Below, in pieces: positions 10,113 through 20,443 of a stretch of 64,000 nt of DNA. The notes under the pieces were generated by a model. That model had not been told where the DNA came from, searched no databases, and was given only the letters and a program-made list of their open reading frames with translations. This DNA is from Candidatus Doudnabacteria bacterium (GTDB taxonomy: Bacteria; Patescibacteriota; JABMPQ01; JAGQLO01): NCBI GenBank assembly GCA_020429185.1, contig JAGQLO010000001.1, forward strand, positions 1,723 through 65,722. Direction: 5' to 3'. A program made the position numbers and the translations under genes. How positions within the stretch are numbered: position 1 is the stretch's first letter; every line of letters starts with the position of its first letter.

Positions 10113-10802
10113 CTACTTCTGCAAAACTGCATCTTTCTTTCCTCCACGAAGCCAACGTACTCCCAAATACACAAACGGAGTATCGATAAGCGCAAACAGA
10201 ATCTTGAGCCCCCAATACGTCATCGCAAGTGAAAAGACGAATCCTGTTGTCATCTTGGGAAACGCATGCCAAAACGCCAGATACATAAACAGCATCGTGT
10301 CTACGAGCTGCGAAAGGATTGTTGAGAGATTATTTCGAAGCCACAAAAAGCGCCCCTTGGCACGCTCCTTAATCTTGTGAAACACCCACACATCAAGTGA
10401 CTGACTCACTAAAAACGCCGTAAGCGAAGCCGCAATAATACGTGCGGATTGCTTAAACACCTCCTGATACTCTGCCTCAATCGCAAAACGCTCACTCGCT
10501 GGCATCGCGAGTGCAATAAGGATAAGAACAAGAACCAGTAACTGTGCGATTAACCCACCCCAGACAAAGTTCTGAGCCCATTTTCGTCCATGTACTTCAG
10601 ACACAATATCCGTAATCAAGAACGTCAATGGATACGCGAAGATACCCACAGATACAGACACACCAAGAATCACCGTAACCTTCGAACCAATGAGATTAGC
10701 GGCAACCAATGCCGCAGAAAAGATCGAAAGCAATACCGCCAATCGACGATGATCCTTAAAACTCAGGGAAAGATGGTCTGAAGTTGTTGAAGTTGTAGCC
10801 AT
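10113..10802 (-). CDS. yhhQ: Queuosine precursor transporter (YhhQ / VUT family, COG1738)
   Basis: YhhQ-like 6-TM protein with a conserved N-terminal segment (NLIGSKV...GIFAYPLTFLITDIV). Confidence 0.7.
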   Translation of the reverse strand: MATTSTTSDHLSLSFKDHRRLAVLLSIFSAALVAANLIGSKVTVILGVSVSVGIFAYPLTFLITDIVSEVHGRKWAQNFVWGGLIAQLLVLVLILIALAMPASERFAIEAEYQEVFKQSARIIAASLTAFLVSQSLDVWVFHKIKERAKGRFLWLRNNLSTILSQLVDTMLFMYLAFWHAFPKMTTGFVFSLAMTYWGLKILFALIDTPFVYLGVRWLRGGKKDAVLQK

Positions 10803-10864
10803 AAAAACATACGAAGAATGAAAACCGTCTACTCATGATTCATTCTCAGTACGTCATAGAACTA

Positions 10865-11404
10865 CTATTCTTCCAAATTATCATCCTTGCGAAGTCCTTC
10901 CGGATCCACTTGCATCGTGGCGAACAACTTGCCAGGAAGGAGATGCACACGACGATCATCATTCACCATTCCGTACACGGAAGACCCTGTGAAATCTCTC
11001 TCTCCAAAACTCAGCGTTCGCGTCGCGTCTCCGGTGTTAATCGTCACAACAAGCAATGGATCAACAAGCCCATAGTCTGCAAGCTCGCCAGGATTCTCGA
11101 GTGGCTCACCCGTAGATTCAACGAGCACAAACTCATCGAGCAGATCTTGCATCTTTTCGGAGCGAGCCTCCGCCTCGAACGGCTGCTTTAACATCCACGT
11201 GTCATTTTCCCGTACCACCTGAACAGTCGTGTCGTCATACTGAAACACAACCGAAGTCACCTCTTCTGCTGGAACAGCAAGAACCTCAACAACACCATCT
11301 TCCTTTGATTCAGTTGGAGCAACGGCGTCCCGCACAAGCAACACCGCAAGCAATCCAACAAACACGACCAACAATACAATCGGTGTAACGTAAGCTCGTT
11401 TCAT
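10865..11404 (-). CDS. DUF4340-like protein (membrane-anchored, partner of GldG-type ABC systems)
   Basis: N-terminal TM anchor and the positional/compositional pattern of DUF4340 proteins downstream of gldG-like genes. Confidence 0.5.
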   Translation of the reverse strand: MKRAYVTPIVLLVVFVGLLAVLLVRDAVAPTESKEDGVVEVLAVPAEEVTSVVFQYDDTTVQVVRENDTWMLKQPFEAEARSEKMQDLLDEFVLVESTGEPLENPGELADYGLVDPLLVVTINTGDATRTLSFGERDFTGSSVYGMVNDDRRVHLLPGKLFATMQVDPEGLRKDDNLEE

Positions 11405-11405
11405 A

Positions 11406-12878
11406 TCATGCAGTTTGCTTTCGTCGACGTACAAAGACACCAACTCCGAACAGAATCACGAGGCCCGGTACGATTGCCCATACGGTCAATCCAACCCAAC
11501 GCTGCTGCGTTTCGGTCAATGAAACCGTGCGAGGCTGCGTATCCTTTGGACGAATCGAAATGAGATCTTGCTCGTCTGCCAACCAATTCACTGAGTTCAA
11601 GAACAAGTCTTGGTTCAATGCATTCAACTGAGCAAACAGATCGATAGCAAAGTCAGAATCGCCCAACACGACAAGTCGCGGTTGACCAGAAATATCGGCA
11701 TCTGGAGTCGCGGCAACAGGCTCTACAGCAACAGCCATCGAGATCGGTCCCACACGATCCTCTTCGTCCTGCACAGCTTCCTGAAGATTCGTCTCAAACC
11801 ATGATCCTTCAGACGAGAGAGCGAGCGGTGTCACACGGAATCCATCTGCCGCCTCTTCAGCAGCATCAATACGTGACGCCCCAGCAAGGAAAATACTTCC
11901 CAACGATTCCGTAATCAGGTGCTGGGGCCAGTCCAATACAACTGGAGACAAGACATCTTGCGGCAACGATTGCTGACGATCGACCACAACTCCCTCTTCA
12001 TGCACAACTCCATATTGAGCCAAAAGATCATCAAATTCTGTAAAACGAATTTGCGTTTCTGGCAACGGGTCAATCATCAAAAAGAGACGTCCGCCAGCCT
12101 CTACATAGGCACGCACCTTTTCAACTTCATCACCCGCAAAACGTTGGGTTGGTCCGGCGATCACCAGTACATCAGTGTTTTCTGGGATGTCAGCTGCCAA
12201 CAGTGAAACCGTTTCCACGCCATACCCCTCACCTGCTAGCAATGTTCCCAGAAGAGCGTATCCATTCTGATCTGCAGCCTCCGGACTTTTCTCGCCATGA
12301 CCTTCGACAAAGACAATGTTCTTCTGCTCGTCACGCGTGATCTTGATCAAGCCACGCGTCAAATCTGTTTCCGTCGTTCCAATCACAGACTCCTGTCGGT
12401 CGCGTGCAATAAACAACAATGTTCCCTCGCGGTTGATTTGATACTGCCGCGCAAGCGCAGGTGTAACACGAGGATCAATCAGCTCGTAGGTGAGTTTTCC
12501 ATCAGAAGCGGATCGATACTCCTCCAACAAACTCACAACTTGCCCCACATTTGGGTACTGCGATGAAAAAAATGCGAGCACACGCACATCTTCATCAAGA
12601 GAAGAGAGGACCTGCTTTGTCTGACCTGAAAGTGAATACTGACGATTCTCTGTCACATCTGTGCGCCAGTCAGATCCTTCACGGTAGACAAGCACATTGA
12701 TCAACACCAGAATTCCCAACAGCGCCACAATGGAAACAGCGAAGACAGAGGCGAACGTTGCTTTTCGGGCAGAAAGCGTCTCACCCGCTGCCACTGTTCC
12801 TTTCTTCACATCTCGCTTTGAAGACTTCATCAGCTCACGCACACTATCTGCTTTCTTGTTGTTCGTTGATTCGTTCAT
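11406..12878 (-). CDS. GldG-like ABC-transport auxiliary component (COG3225)
   Basis: Large periplasmic protein with N- and C-terminal TM anchors, following gldA/gldF-like genes. Confidence 0.6.
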   Translation of the reverse strand: MNESTNNKKADSVRELMKSSKRDVKKGTVAAGETLSARKATFASVFAVSIVALLGILVLINVLVYREGSDWRTDVTENRQYSLSGQTKQVLSSLDEDVRVLAFFSSQYPNVGQVVSLLEEYRSASDGKLTYELIDPRVTPALARQYQINREGTLLFIARDRQESVIGTTETDLTRGLIKITRDEQKNIVFVEGHGEKSPEAADQNGYALLGTLLAGEGYGVETVSLLAADIPENTDVLVIAGPTQRFAGDEVEKVRAYVEAGGRLFLMIDPLPETQIRFTEFDDLLAQYGVVHEEGVVVDRQQSLPQDVLSPVVLDWPQHLITESLGSIFLAGASRIDAAEEAADGFRVTPLALSSEGSWFETNLQEAVQDEEDRVGPISMAVAVEPVAATPDADISGQPRLVVLGDSDFAIDLFAQLNALNQDLFLNSVNWLADEQDLISIRPKDTQPRTVSLTETQQRWVGLTVWAIVPGLVILFGVGVFVRRRKQTA

Positions 12879-12888
12879 AGTGCGTACA

Positions 12889-13629
12889 TTACTTCCACTT
12901 TCGTGAACCAAGGACCTTTGTTGTAGCAAACAACCAAAATGCTACAAAAGATACAAAATACACAACATCCTTGACATCGATCACGCCTCGCAAGAAGTCG
13001 TCAAAGTGTGTGCTCAATGAGAGATACCCAAACGCTGTTGCTCCCGCAAATGTCGCTGTAGCGCCAATAAGCGAATCGATGACCCAGAATACCAATAGGA
13101 ACACGAACGAAAGAACGACCGCAATAATCTGGTTCTCCGTTAGGACGGAGGCAAACATTCCAAGAGATACAAATGAAACAGCGACGAGAACAACGCCCAA
13201 ATACCCCGTCAATATAGGTCCGAGATCTGGGTTCCCGTAACGGAACAAGACGCCTACATAAATCGCTGTTGGCACGAGCATCAACAGCACGTAAAAGAGC
13301 GCTGCAAGAAATTTACCCACAACAACAGCCCAATCATTGACTGGCTTTGTCATCAGCAGCTCAAGCGTTCCAAGCTTCTTTTCTTCTGCAAACAAGCGCA
13401 TCGTGATAATCGGGGACAAAAACAGCAACAACACAATGATGTTTGAGAATGGACCGATCATGGCTGCCGTCCTCGTGTCACGCACAATTGTCGCGAAGAA
13501 TACGCCCGCCAAAAACAAGAACAAGGCGAGAACGACATACCCGACAGGAGAGGTGAAATACGCACGTACTTCACGACGTGCAATCGCCCACACAGAAGAA
13601 GCTGAGGAAACGGATGTTGTCATGGCCAT
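12889..13629 (-). CDS. ABC-2 type permease (GldF-like)
   Basis: Six-TM ABC-2 permease topology. Confidence 0.7.
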   Translation of the reverse strand: MAMTTSVSSASSVWAIARREVRAYFTSPVGYVVLALFLFLAGVFFATIVRDTRTAAMIGPFSNIIVLLLFLSPIITMRLFAEEKKLGTLELLMTKPVNDWAVVVGKFLAALFYVLLMLVPTAIYVGVLFRYGNPDLGPILTGYLGVVLVAVSFVSLGMFASVLTENQIIAVVLSFVFLLVFWVIDSLIGATATFAGATAFGYLSLSTHFDDFLRGVIDVKDVVYFVSFVAFWLFATTKVLGSRKWK

Positions 13630-13632
13630 ACA

Positions 13633-14619
13633 CTAGTTCTTGTTCGACTTCTTGGAAGAAGTTGACGCCGTCAACTTCGCAAACACTTCTTCCAAATCAA
13701 TACTTTCAATTCGGACTTCAATCAGCGTCAGGTCTGCATTCACAATCGCCTTTGACACTTCGCCACGCAAATCAGATCCCTTCGCTGTCTCTACCGTAAA
13801 GTCGTATACATCATCTGCATCTTCATCTACGCAAGCAATGGGACGTGACACCGCCGCAGCGCCAGGGAGTGCTGTGAGAATCTTCTCCGCAACATCACAA
13901 CTCCCCTTCACACGAACATGAATTCGCTCTACACCAACCAGATCCTTCGAAAGTCGCTCAGGCGTGTCGGATGCCACAATCTTTCCTTCGTTGATAATCA
14001 CCACACGATCACAAACCTCTGTAACCTCCTTCAAGATGTGGGTCGAAAGAATCACTGCACGCTTCCCCTCTTTCCCAACTTTCTTAATCAGATCGCGAAT
14101 TTCAACGATCTGATTTGGGTCGAGACCAACAGTTGGTTCGTCCAAGATCAGTACATCAGGATCGCCTACAAGGGCCTGGGCTAATCCTACACGCTGCTTA
14201 TACCCACGTGAGAGTTTACTAATCGTTTTGTGTGCCACCTTGTTCAAACCAGTAGACTGAATAATTTCAGCAAGATGCTGGTCCTGATCCTTCTTTGGAA
14301 CCCCCTTGAGACGAGCCACAAACTGCAAAAACGGCTTTACCTCCATCCCCACATACAGAGGGTTGAGCTCTGGCAAATACCCAATCTTCGAGCGCGACGC
14401 AAGAGAATCATCTAATACATCAACTCCCCCAACGGTGACTGTTCCCTCAGAAGGTGGAATATACCCCGTAAGAATACGCATGGTCGTTGTCTTTCCTGCA
14501 CCATTCGGTCCAAGAAACCCAACAATTTCACCTGGCTCTACAGAAAACGAAACGTTTTTAAGAGCTTCGTATGGACCGTAGCGCTTTGAGACGTCTTTGA
14601 GTTGAATGAGTGGTGGCAT
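13633..14619 (-). CDS. ABC transporter ATP-binding protein (GldA-like)
   Basis: Walker A GPNGAGKTT, signature LSRGYKQR, Walker B ILDEP. Confidence 0.85.
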   Translation of the reverse strand: MPPLIQLKDVSKRYGPYEALKNVSFSVEPGEIVGFLGPNGAGKTTTMRILTGYIPPSEGTVTVGGVDVLDDSLASRSKIGYLPELNPLYVGMEVKPFLQFVARLKGVPKKDQDQHLAEIIQSTGLNKVAHKTISKLSRGYKQRVGLAQALVGDPDVLILDEPTVGLDPNQIVEIRDLIKKVGKEGKRAVILSTHILKEVTEVCDRVVIINEGKIVASDTPERLSKDLVGVERIHVRVKGSCDVAEKILTALPGAAAVSRPIACVDEDADDVYDFTVETAKGSDLRGEVSKAIVNADLTLIEVRIESIDLEEVFAKLTASTSSKKSNKN

Positions 14620-14704
14620 GAGATCAAAAGAAATGGATCAAAGAACTGACCACATTCGGCCAATCACAAGTAGTACGTATAGTGTCTCTCGCAACACCAC
14701 TGCG

Positions 14705-15019
14705 TCAAGCAAGTCTCTCCACAGGCTGTGTGAGTACACGATCACCTTGTATCTGTACTCCCTCTAATTCAAGCTTACGTTTTTTAGCCGCAGCACCGCC
14801 ATTATATCCACCTAGTCGCCCATCAGATCGAATAACACGATGACAAGGCGTGACCTCTGTATCTGTGTTTGCATTCAGCGCATTTCCAACAGCTCGGACA
14901 GCACGAGGCCTCCCAATAGCAAGCGCCACTGCTGCATACGTCGTCACAGAACCAGCTGGCACGCGTTGAACAACCCGGAATACTTCCTCAAGAAATGTCA
15001 TAGAACACAACCATATCAC
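14705..15019 (-). CDS. MGMT-family protein (methylated-DNA-protein-cysteine methyltransferase DNA-binding domain)
   Basis: PCHRV active-site cysteine motif in a 104-aa protein. Confidence 0.7.
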   Translation of the reverse strand: MIWLCSMTFLEEVFRVVQRVPAGSVTTYAAVALAIGRPRAVRAVGNALNANTDTEVTPCHRVIRSDGRLGGYNGGAAAKKRKLELEGVQIQGDRVLTQPVERLA

Positions 15020-15058
15020 TTTTCAGCAGCGACAGCACTTGCTACCGTCTTGCTACCT

Positions 15059-16561
15059 ATGAAACCCATCGTTCGCCACGTCCTACGAGTTGTCGCCATT
15101 CTCACGTTTTTTGTGATCGCGCCATTTCTCGTACTCTACGCATTTGGATACCGATTTACTCTGGAGGAACGAGGATTCCAACAAGTCGGGCTCATGGTAG
15201 TAGAAACCGACCCCCGATCTGCCACAGTGTTTCTCAAGGGCGAAGAAGTCGCCACACGGACACCCTACAGAGCCACAAGTCTTACGCCTGGTGACTACGC
15301 GATACGCGTAGAGCGAGAAGGCTATCACTCATGGGAAAAGTCCCTGTTTGTAGAATCTACGCTTGCAACATGGGTAAGCAATATCGTGCTCTTCCTTGAG
15401 CAAGGTGAGCAAACACCACTTCTTGAGGGAAACGTCACGCACGCAGCAAGTACAGACACGGGCGTTATTGGGATGCTCGTAGAGACATCTACAGAAGAAG
15501 ACGCAACCACTCGAGCAGTCTATTTCCTATATCCGACCAGCAAAGAGCTCCGACAAGTACCAATGACGGAAGCGCAAGCGGAAACACTGCAACGACTCAC
15601 ATCTGAATCTATAGCACTCCGCACAACCGGATCTGTCGGAAACCCAGGATTACTTGTGACGGGTACCGACGACAAAAACGTGCAACAAACATTCCTGATA
15701 ACTGAGCAACATGTAGAAATCCTCAGTAAAGATCGACTTGTCGCAGGAGGAGCGCCATTTGGAGCTACGATCAGCACAACAGACGAACTCTTCCTCGATA
15801 CAAGAGGTCGTCCGGAGTTTTACTACACAGACGAAGGAATACTAAACACGTATGACATGTCTTCAGAAGAGATTGGAATCGTCTCCACACAAAGTTCCGT
15901 ACGGGGATTCGGTGCGAATTCACACGCCTACGCCTTTCTAGACGAAGAAGACAATATCTTTGTAGCCGCGCCACAACTCCTTGGCCGCTTTATCGAAGAA
16001 CCTACCTACGTAGATCAACTTGATGAAACAATCGCAAGCGACGCATCGTTGCATATCTATCCAGGACCTCGCGGACAAGAACATGACGTTGTCCTCCTTC
16101 ACACCACAGAAGCACTCTCCGCCTTCGAAGCAGAAACAGGAGATATTCACCCGATCGCAAACAGCGTCCGTTCATTCGTTGGAGCACACAAACTTCCCCT
16201 CATTGCCTACGAAACAGGCTCAGAAGTCGGATTTGTTTCATTTGAAGACGTACTCCCAGAGCTTTCAAACACGCAACTTGTAGATATTCCCGCCTACGAA
16301 CCACAAGCACCAACAACGCTCGCTCGTTACAGCGAACCGATCCAAGCGCTTGCCTGGCACCCAAATGACCACCACGTCGCGATCCGACTCGAAACACGTG
16401 TTGTCATTATTGAACTCGATGGACGAGACACACGTAATACCGCCGAATGGGACGTACCAGCCCTTGAAGGCGTCGCGCCATTCCTTACATTCTCAACAAA
16501 CGGCAACAAGCTCTATACCTCCACTAGCGATGGAATTATCGAGATTCAAATAGCGGAATAA
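15059..16561 (+). CDS. PEGA-domain protein with a C-terminal beta-rich region
   Basis: N-terminal TM then a PEGA-like segment (TPY..LTPGDYAIRVEREGY). Start set at MKPIVRH. The upstream extension is C/R-rich and unlikely to be coding. Confidence 0.55.
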   Translation: MKPIVRHVLRVVAILTFFVIAPFLVLYAFGYRFTLEERGFQQVGLMVVETDPRSATVFLKGEEVATRTPYRATSLTPGDYAIRVEREGYHSWEKSLFVESTLATWVSNIVLFLEQGEQTPLLEGNVTHAASTDTGVIGMLVETSTEEDATTRAVYFLYPTSKELRQVPMTEAQAETLQRLTSESIALRTTGSVGNPGLLVTGTDDKNVQQTFLITEQHVEILSKDRLVAGGAPFGATISTTDELFLDTRGRPEFYYTDEGILNTYDMSSEEIGIVSTQSSVRGFGANSHAYAFLDEEDNIFVAAPQLLGRFIEEPTYVDQLDETIASDASLHIYPGPRGQEHDVVLLHTTEALSAFEAETGDIHPIANSVRSFVGAHKLPLIAYETGSEVGFVSFEDVLPELSNTQLVDIPAYEPQAPTTLARYSEPIQALAWHPNDHHVAIRLETRVVIIELDGRDTRNTAEWDVPALEGVAPFLTFSTNGNKLYTSTSDGIIEIQIAE

Positions 16562-16595
16562 GCACCACATCACAAGAGCCCCCAAGACAAAACCA

Positions 16596-16619
16596 AAACG
16601 CGGCCTGAGCCGCGTTTTG
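16596..16619. terminator. Bidirectional rho-independent terminator hairpin between the convergent PEGA gene and rpsI
   Basis: AAAACGCGGC-ctga-GCCGCGTTTT with T/A runs on both sides. Confidence 0.5.
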
Positions 16620-16630
16620 CATTGTTCGAA

Positions 16631-17074
16631 TTATCGCTTCGACCACTGAGGAGCACGTCGAGCGGAACGAAGTCCAAACTTCTTTCGTTCCTTCATGCGT
16701 GGATCACGACGCAGTAAACCATCTCGCTTCAATACTGTTCGCAACTCAGGTTGTAGCAAGAGCATAGCTCGAGCGATACCAAGGCGAACAGCGCCTGCCT
16801 GACCAGAAATACCACCACCCGTCACACGAACGGAAACGTCGTACTGGTCCTTATTCTCAAGTGCTTCAAACGGACGACGAATATCAGTACGGTGATCTGC
16901 GCGAGTGAAATACGCTTCAATAGGAAGACCATTCACAAAGACGCGACCAGATCCGTCGTACAAACGCACACGAGCCGTTGATTCTTTGCGACGACCGAAT
17001 GCGTACGTGTAGGTTCCCTCTGGAAGAGATCCTGTTGTCTTCTTTTCTTCAACGGATGTAGCAGTTTCTGCCAT
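16631..17074 (-). CDS. rpsI: 30S ribosomal protein S9
   Basis: Conserved S9 C-terminus ending RRAPQWSKR. Confidence 0.95.
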   Translation of the reverse strand: MAETATSVEEKKTTGSLPEGTYTYAFGRRKESTARVRLYDGSGRVFVNGLPIEAYFTRADHRTDIRRPFEALENKDQYDVSVRVTGGGISGQAGAVRLGIARAMLLLQPELRTVLKRDGLLRRDPRMKERKKFGLRSARRAPQWSKR

Positions 17075-17079
17075 AGAAC

Positions 17080-17502
17080 TTAAGATAGCTGACCAGCGTG
17101 TGGATGCTCAGATCCAGTGTAAATCTTGAGACGATCCAAACGTCCCTTCTGCAGACGATTCTTTGGAAGCATGCCCTTCACAGCCGTACGAAACACTTCT
17201 GTCGCATCACGATCCAATTCTTCTTCAAGCGTACGCGAGCGAATACCACCAGGATGCTTTGAGTGACGGTAATACTGCTTGTCAGTCATTTTCGTCCCAG
17301 TTGCAACAAGCTTTTCTGCATTCACAATCACCACAAAGTCACCCACGTCCAGGTGCGATGTATAATCGGGACGATGCTTTCCGATCAAAAACTTAGCAGC
17401 ATCAGCAGCGATACGACCGAATGAATCAGAAGAAGCATCAAGTAGATGCCACTCGCGTGTCACCTCTCCTGCTTTTGGAAGTGGAGTTTTCGTTGTCTTC
17501 AT
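17080..17502 (-). CDS. rplM: 50S ribosomal protein L13
   Basis: L13 family sequence. Confidence 0.95.
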   Translation of the reverse strand: MKTTKTPLPKAGEVTREWHLLDASSDSFGRIAADAAKFLIGKHRPDYTSHLDVGDFVVIVNAEKLVATGTKMTDKQYYRHSKHPGGIRSRTLEEELDRDATEVFRTAVKGMLPKNRLQKGRLDRLKIYTGSEHPHAGQLS

Positions 17503-17505
17503 ACG

Positions 17506-17856
17506 CTATACAAGTTCCAAACGAACCATATCTGCTGAATCACCCTGACGCTTTCCTAGCTTCACCACACGTGTGTAACCGCCAGAGCGGGCCGCATACG
17601 TTGAAGAAAGTTCATCGCGAAGCTTCTTCTCTGCATCCTTATTGTAGATCAAGCTGTGCAGACGACGCTTTGCCGCCAAGTCACCCTTTTTCGAAATGGT
17701 GATAGCGCGCTCTACGTACGGACGCACAAACTGAGCCTTTTGCTTTGTGGTCGTAATAGAGCCGTGTAGCACAAGTGCATTCGAAAGATCGCGCAACAAC
17801 TGCGTGCGTTCGCTTCGATTACGGCCCAAATGTGTTGTAGACGATCGGTGGCGCAT
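17506..17856 (-). CDS. rplQ: 50S ribosomal protein L17
   Basis: L17 family sequence. Confidence 0.95.
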   Translation of the reverse strand: MRHRSSTTHLGRNRSERTQLLRDLSNALVLHGSITTTKQKAQFVRPYVERAITISKKGDLAAKRRLHSLIYNKDAEKKLRDELSSTYAARSGGYTRVVKLGKRQGDSADMVRLELV

Positions 17857-17878
17857 ACGTGTACTCGTTCAATCACTA

Positions 17879-18808
17879 CTATCCTTTACGTTCCATTCCA
17901 AGCTTGGCAAGAGCAGCATCCACTTCCTCCAATGCTGCCTGACCAAATCCATCGAGCTCAAGAAGGGTTTCATTATCTGTCGCAACAAGCTGAGAAACAG
18001 TTGCGATTCCTGCCTTCGTCAGAACATTCTCAGTTCGCGTTGCAAGATCGAGCGAAGAAACAAGAATCTCTGATTCTGTTTCCTCTGCCGCTGCCGCCTC
18101 TTCAACCGCTGCAACAGACGCAACACCTTCGCCCATAATCACGTTAAAGTGATCTACAAGCATAGATGAAGCCTGAACGAATGCCTCTTCTGGAGTAATC
18201 GAACCGTCAGTCTCAATGTCCAAGAGAACCTTGTCAAAGTCAGTACGCTGTCCAACACGAACATTTTCAATAGCGTAGCCAACCTTCTTCACAGGAGAGT
18301 AGATCGCGTCGATCGCAATCACTCCAATTCCAAGGTCTTCTCCCTTTCGCTGCTCGACAGGAACATATCCACGTCCGCGCTCCACAGTAATCTCCATCTC
18401 AAATCCCTGTTCCTTGTCTGTCACGTTTGCGAGAACAAGGTCTTTGTTCACAACCTCTACCTCTGAATTGTCTTCAAAGTCTCCCGCAGTAACAGCACCA
18501 GTCTTATTCACAGAAAGCTTCAAGACCTGAGGTGTTTCTGTGTGCATCTTCACGTGCAACTGCTTGAGGTTCAAAATGATGTGAACCACATCTTCCTTGA
18601 TTCCTTCAATCGTTGAAAATTCGTGATCAACACGAGGGATCTTTACAGAGGTCACAGCTGTTCCTGGAAGTGACGACAACAAAACACGACGAAGCGCATT
18701 TCCAATCGTCGTTCCATATCCTGGGTAGAGTGGCTCAATCGAAAGCGTGGCACGGTGGTCACCGTTTGGCTCTACTGCGTAGCGATTTGGAAGTGGAAAC
18801 TGTTCCAT
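17879..18808 (-). CDS. rpoA: DNA-directed RNA polymerase subunit alpha. The track extends to 18850. The internal Met at 18808 avoids overlap with rpsD.
   Basis: RpoA N-terminal domain and alpha-CTD. Confidence 0.9.
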   Translation of the reverse strand: MEQFPLPNRYAVEPNGDHRATLSIEPLYPGYGTTIGNALRRVLLSSLPGTAVTSVKIPRVDHEFSTIEGIKEDVVHIILNLKQLHVKMHTETPQVLKLSVNKTGAVTAGDFEDNSEVEVVNKDLVLANVTDKEQGFEMEITVERGRGYVPVEQRKGEDLGIGVIAIDAIYSPVKKVGYAIENVRVGQRTDFDKVLLDIETDGSITPEEAFVQASSMLVDHFNVIMGEGVASVAAVEEAAAAEETESEILVSSLDLATRTENVLTKAGIATVSQLVATDNETLLELDGFGQAALEEVDAALAKLGMERKG

Positions 18809-18827
18809 AAGCTCAGGAAGATGGAGA

Positions 18828-19454
18828 TTAACGTGAGTAGAACTCAACAATCAAACGCATGTTCAATGAATGACCGATGTCATCCAGCGAAGGGTGCGTC
18901 ATCACCTTCGCGCTTCGGTCCTTCACATTCAAGGCAAGCCACGCAGGAGCTTCCTGCGGCATGCGCTTTTCAACATCAGCAAATCCAGCCTTCTTTTCTG
19001 CACCTGGCTTCAAAGCAACCTCATCCCCCTCACGAAGACGTGCCGAAGGAACATCAAGCTTCTTACCATTCACCAACACGTGTCCGTGTGACACGAGCTG
19101 ACGAGCGGCGGTTCGAGATGGAGCGAGTCCCATACGGAACACAACGTTGTCGAGACGAAGTTCAAGCAATCGCAAGAAAACTTCACCAGTAATTCCATCC
19201 ATCTTAGAAGCCGTGTCAAACACATTACGGAACTGTCGCTCAGATACTCCGTACAATTTTCGAGCCTTTTGCTTCTCACGCAGCTGTTCACCAAACTGAG
19301 ATGGTCGTCGCTGACGAGCCGCTCCGTGCTGCCCCGGAGGGGTAGGACGTCGCTCGATCGCACATTTTTGAGAATAGCAACGCTCCCCCTTCAGGAAGAG
19401 CTTTTCGCCTTCTCGACGACAACGCTTACAACTTGCTCCAGTTTCCTTCGCCAT
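18828..19454 (-). CDS. rpsD: 30S ribosomal protein S4
   Basis: S4 with an N-terminal Cys cluster. Confidence 0.95.
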   Translation of the reverse strand: MAKETGASCKRCRREGEKLFLKGERCYSQKCAIERRPTPPGQHGAARQRRPSQFGEQLREKQKARKLYGVSERQFRNVFDTASKMDGITGEVFLRLLELRLDNVVFRMGLAPSRTAARQLVSHGHVLVNGKKLDVPSARLREGDEVALKPGAEKKAGFADVEKRMPQEAPAWLALNVKDRSAKVMTHPSLDDIGHSLNMRLIVEFYSR

Positions 19455-19468
19455 AACTCACAAATCCA

Positions 19469-19897
19469 TTAGACACGACGTGGCTTCGGAGGTCGACACC
19501 CATTGTGTGGCACAGGCGTGACATCCGTGATCGACGACAACTTCAATCCGTTTGTAATCAACGCACGAACTGCAGCTTCGCGACCAGAACCAATTCCCTT
19601 CACAAATACATCAACCTGACGCAATCCCGTAGGGCGCACCTTCTCAACAACATCTCGCACCACCTGCGTTGCGGCATAGGGTGTTGCACGCTTTGGACCA
19701 CTAAAGCCCATTACACCAGAACTAGACCATGCAATCGCATTTCCGTTTACATCGGTCACTGTAATCAACGTATTGTTGTACGTTGAAGAAATATACACAC
19801 GTCCACGTGTGAGCTTTCGCTTAGAAGACTTACGTGCGACAGGCTTCTTGCCAGCTGCACCCGCTTCCTTCTTTGAAGTAGTTTCTGAAGTCGACAT
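19469..19897 (-). CDS. rpsK: 30S ribosomal protein S11
   Basis: S11 family sequence. Confidence 0.95.
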   Translation of the reverse strand: MSTSETTSKKEAGAAGKKPVARKSSKRKLTRGRVYISSTYNNTLITVTDVNGNAIAWSSSGVMGFSGPKRATPYAATQVVRDVVEKVRPTGLRQVDVFVKGIGSGREAAVRALITNGLKLSSITDVTPVPHNGCRPPKPRRV

Positions 19898-19917
19898 GAG
19901 AACAACTAATCAATACA

Positions 19918-20307
19918 TCAAGTCTTGGCCGAAGCCTTAATTTTCCCCGATCCAGCGGTACGGCGTACATTTCCGCGAACGGTGCGAGAATTCGTCTTAC
20001 TTCGCTGTCCACGTGCCGGAAGTCCTTTACGGAGACGATCACCTCGATACGTTCCAATCTCTTTGAGACGCTTGATGTTCAACAAGCGCTCACGACGAAG
20101 GTCACCTTCTACCGCCACATCATTTTCAATCAACGTACGCAAGGTGTTAACCTGAGCTTCCGTCAAATCTTTTACGCGAACACTTTCATCGATCTTCGCT
20201 TTCGCGAGAATTTCTTTACTGATCGATGGACCAATACCGTACACAGCCGTAAGCCCAATAACGACGCGCTTACCTGCTGGAAGAGTTACACCTGCGATTC
20301 GAGCCAT
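19918..20307 (-). CDS. rpsM: 30S ribosomal protein S13
   Basis: S13 family sequence. Confidence 0.95.
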   Translation of the reverse strand: MARIAGVTLPAGKRVVIGLTAVYGIGPSISKEILAKAKIDESVRVKDLTEAQVNTLRTLIENDVAVEGDLRRERLLNIKRLKEIGTYRGDRLRKGLPARGQRSKTNSRTVRGNVRRTAGSGKIKASAKT

Positions 20308-20310
20308 ACG

Positions 20311-20424
20311 CTAGCCTTGACGTTGCTTATGCTTTGGAACTTCACATACAACAACCACCCGACCTTTGCGGCGGATGACTTTGCATTTATCACACATCTT
20401 TTTAACGCTTGCGCGCACCTTCAT
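20311..20424 (-). CDS. rpmJ: 50S ribosomal protein L36 (37 aa). Not in the ORF track; found by manual translation of the minus strand.
   Basis: The reverse complement translates to [37 protein letters not shown], a zinc-ribbon L36. It sits in the canonical infA-rpmJ-rpsM order. Confidence 0.85.
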   Translation of the reverse strand: MKVRASVKKMCDKCKVIRRKGRVVVVCEVPKHKQRQG

Positions 20425-20443
20425 ACTCAATTCATTCTTCTAA

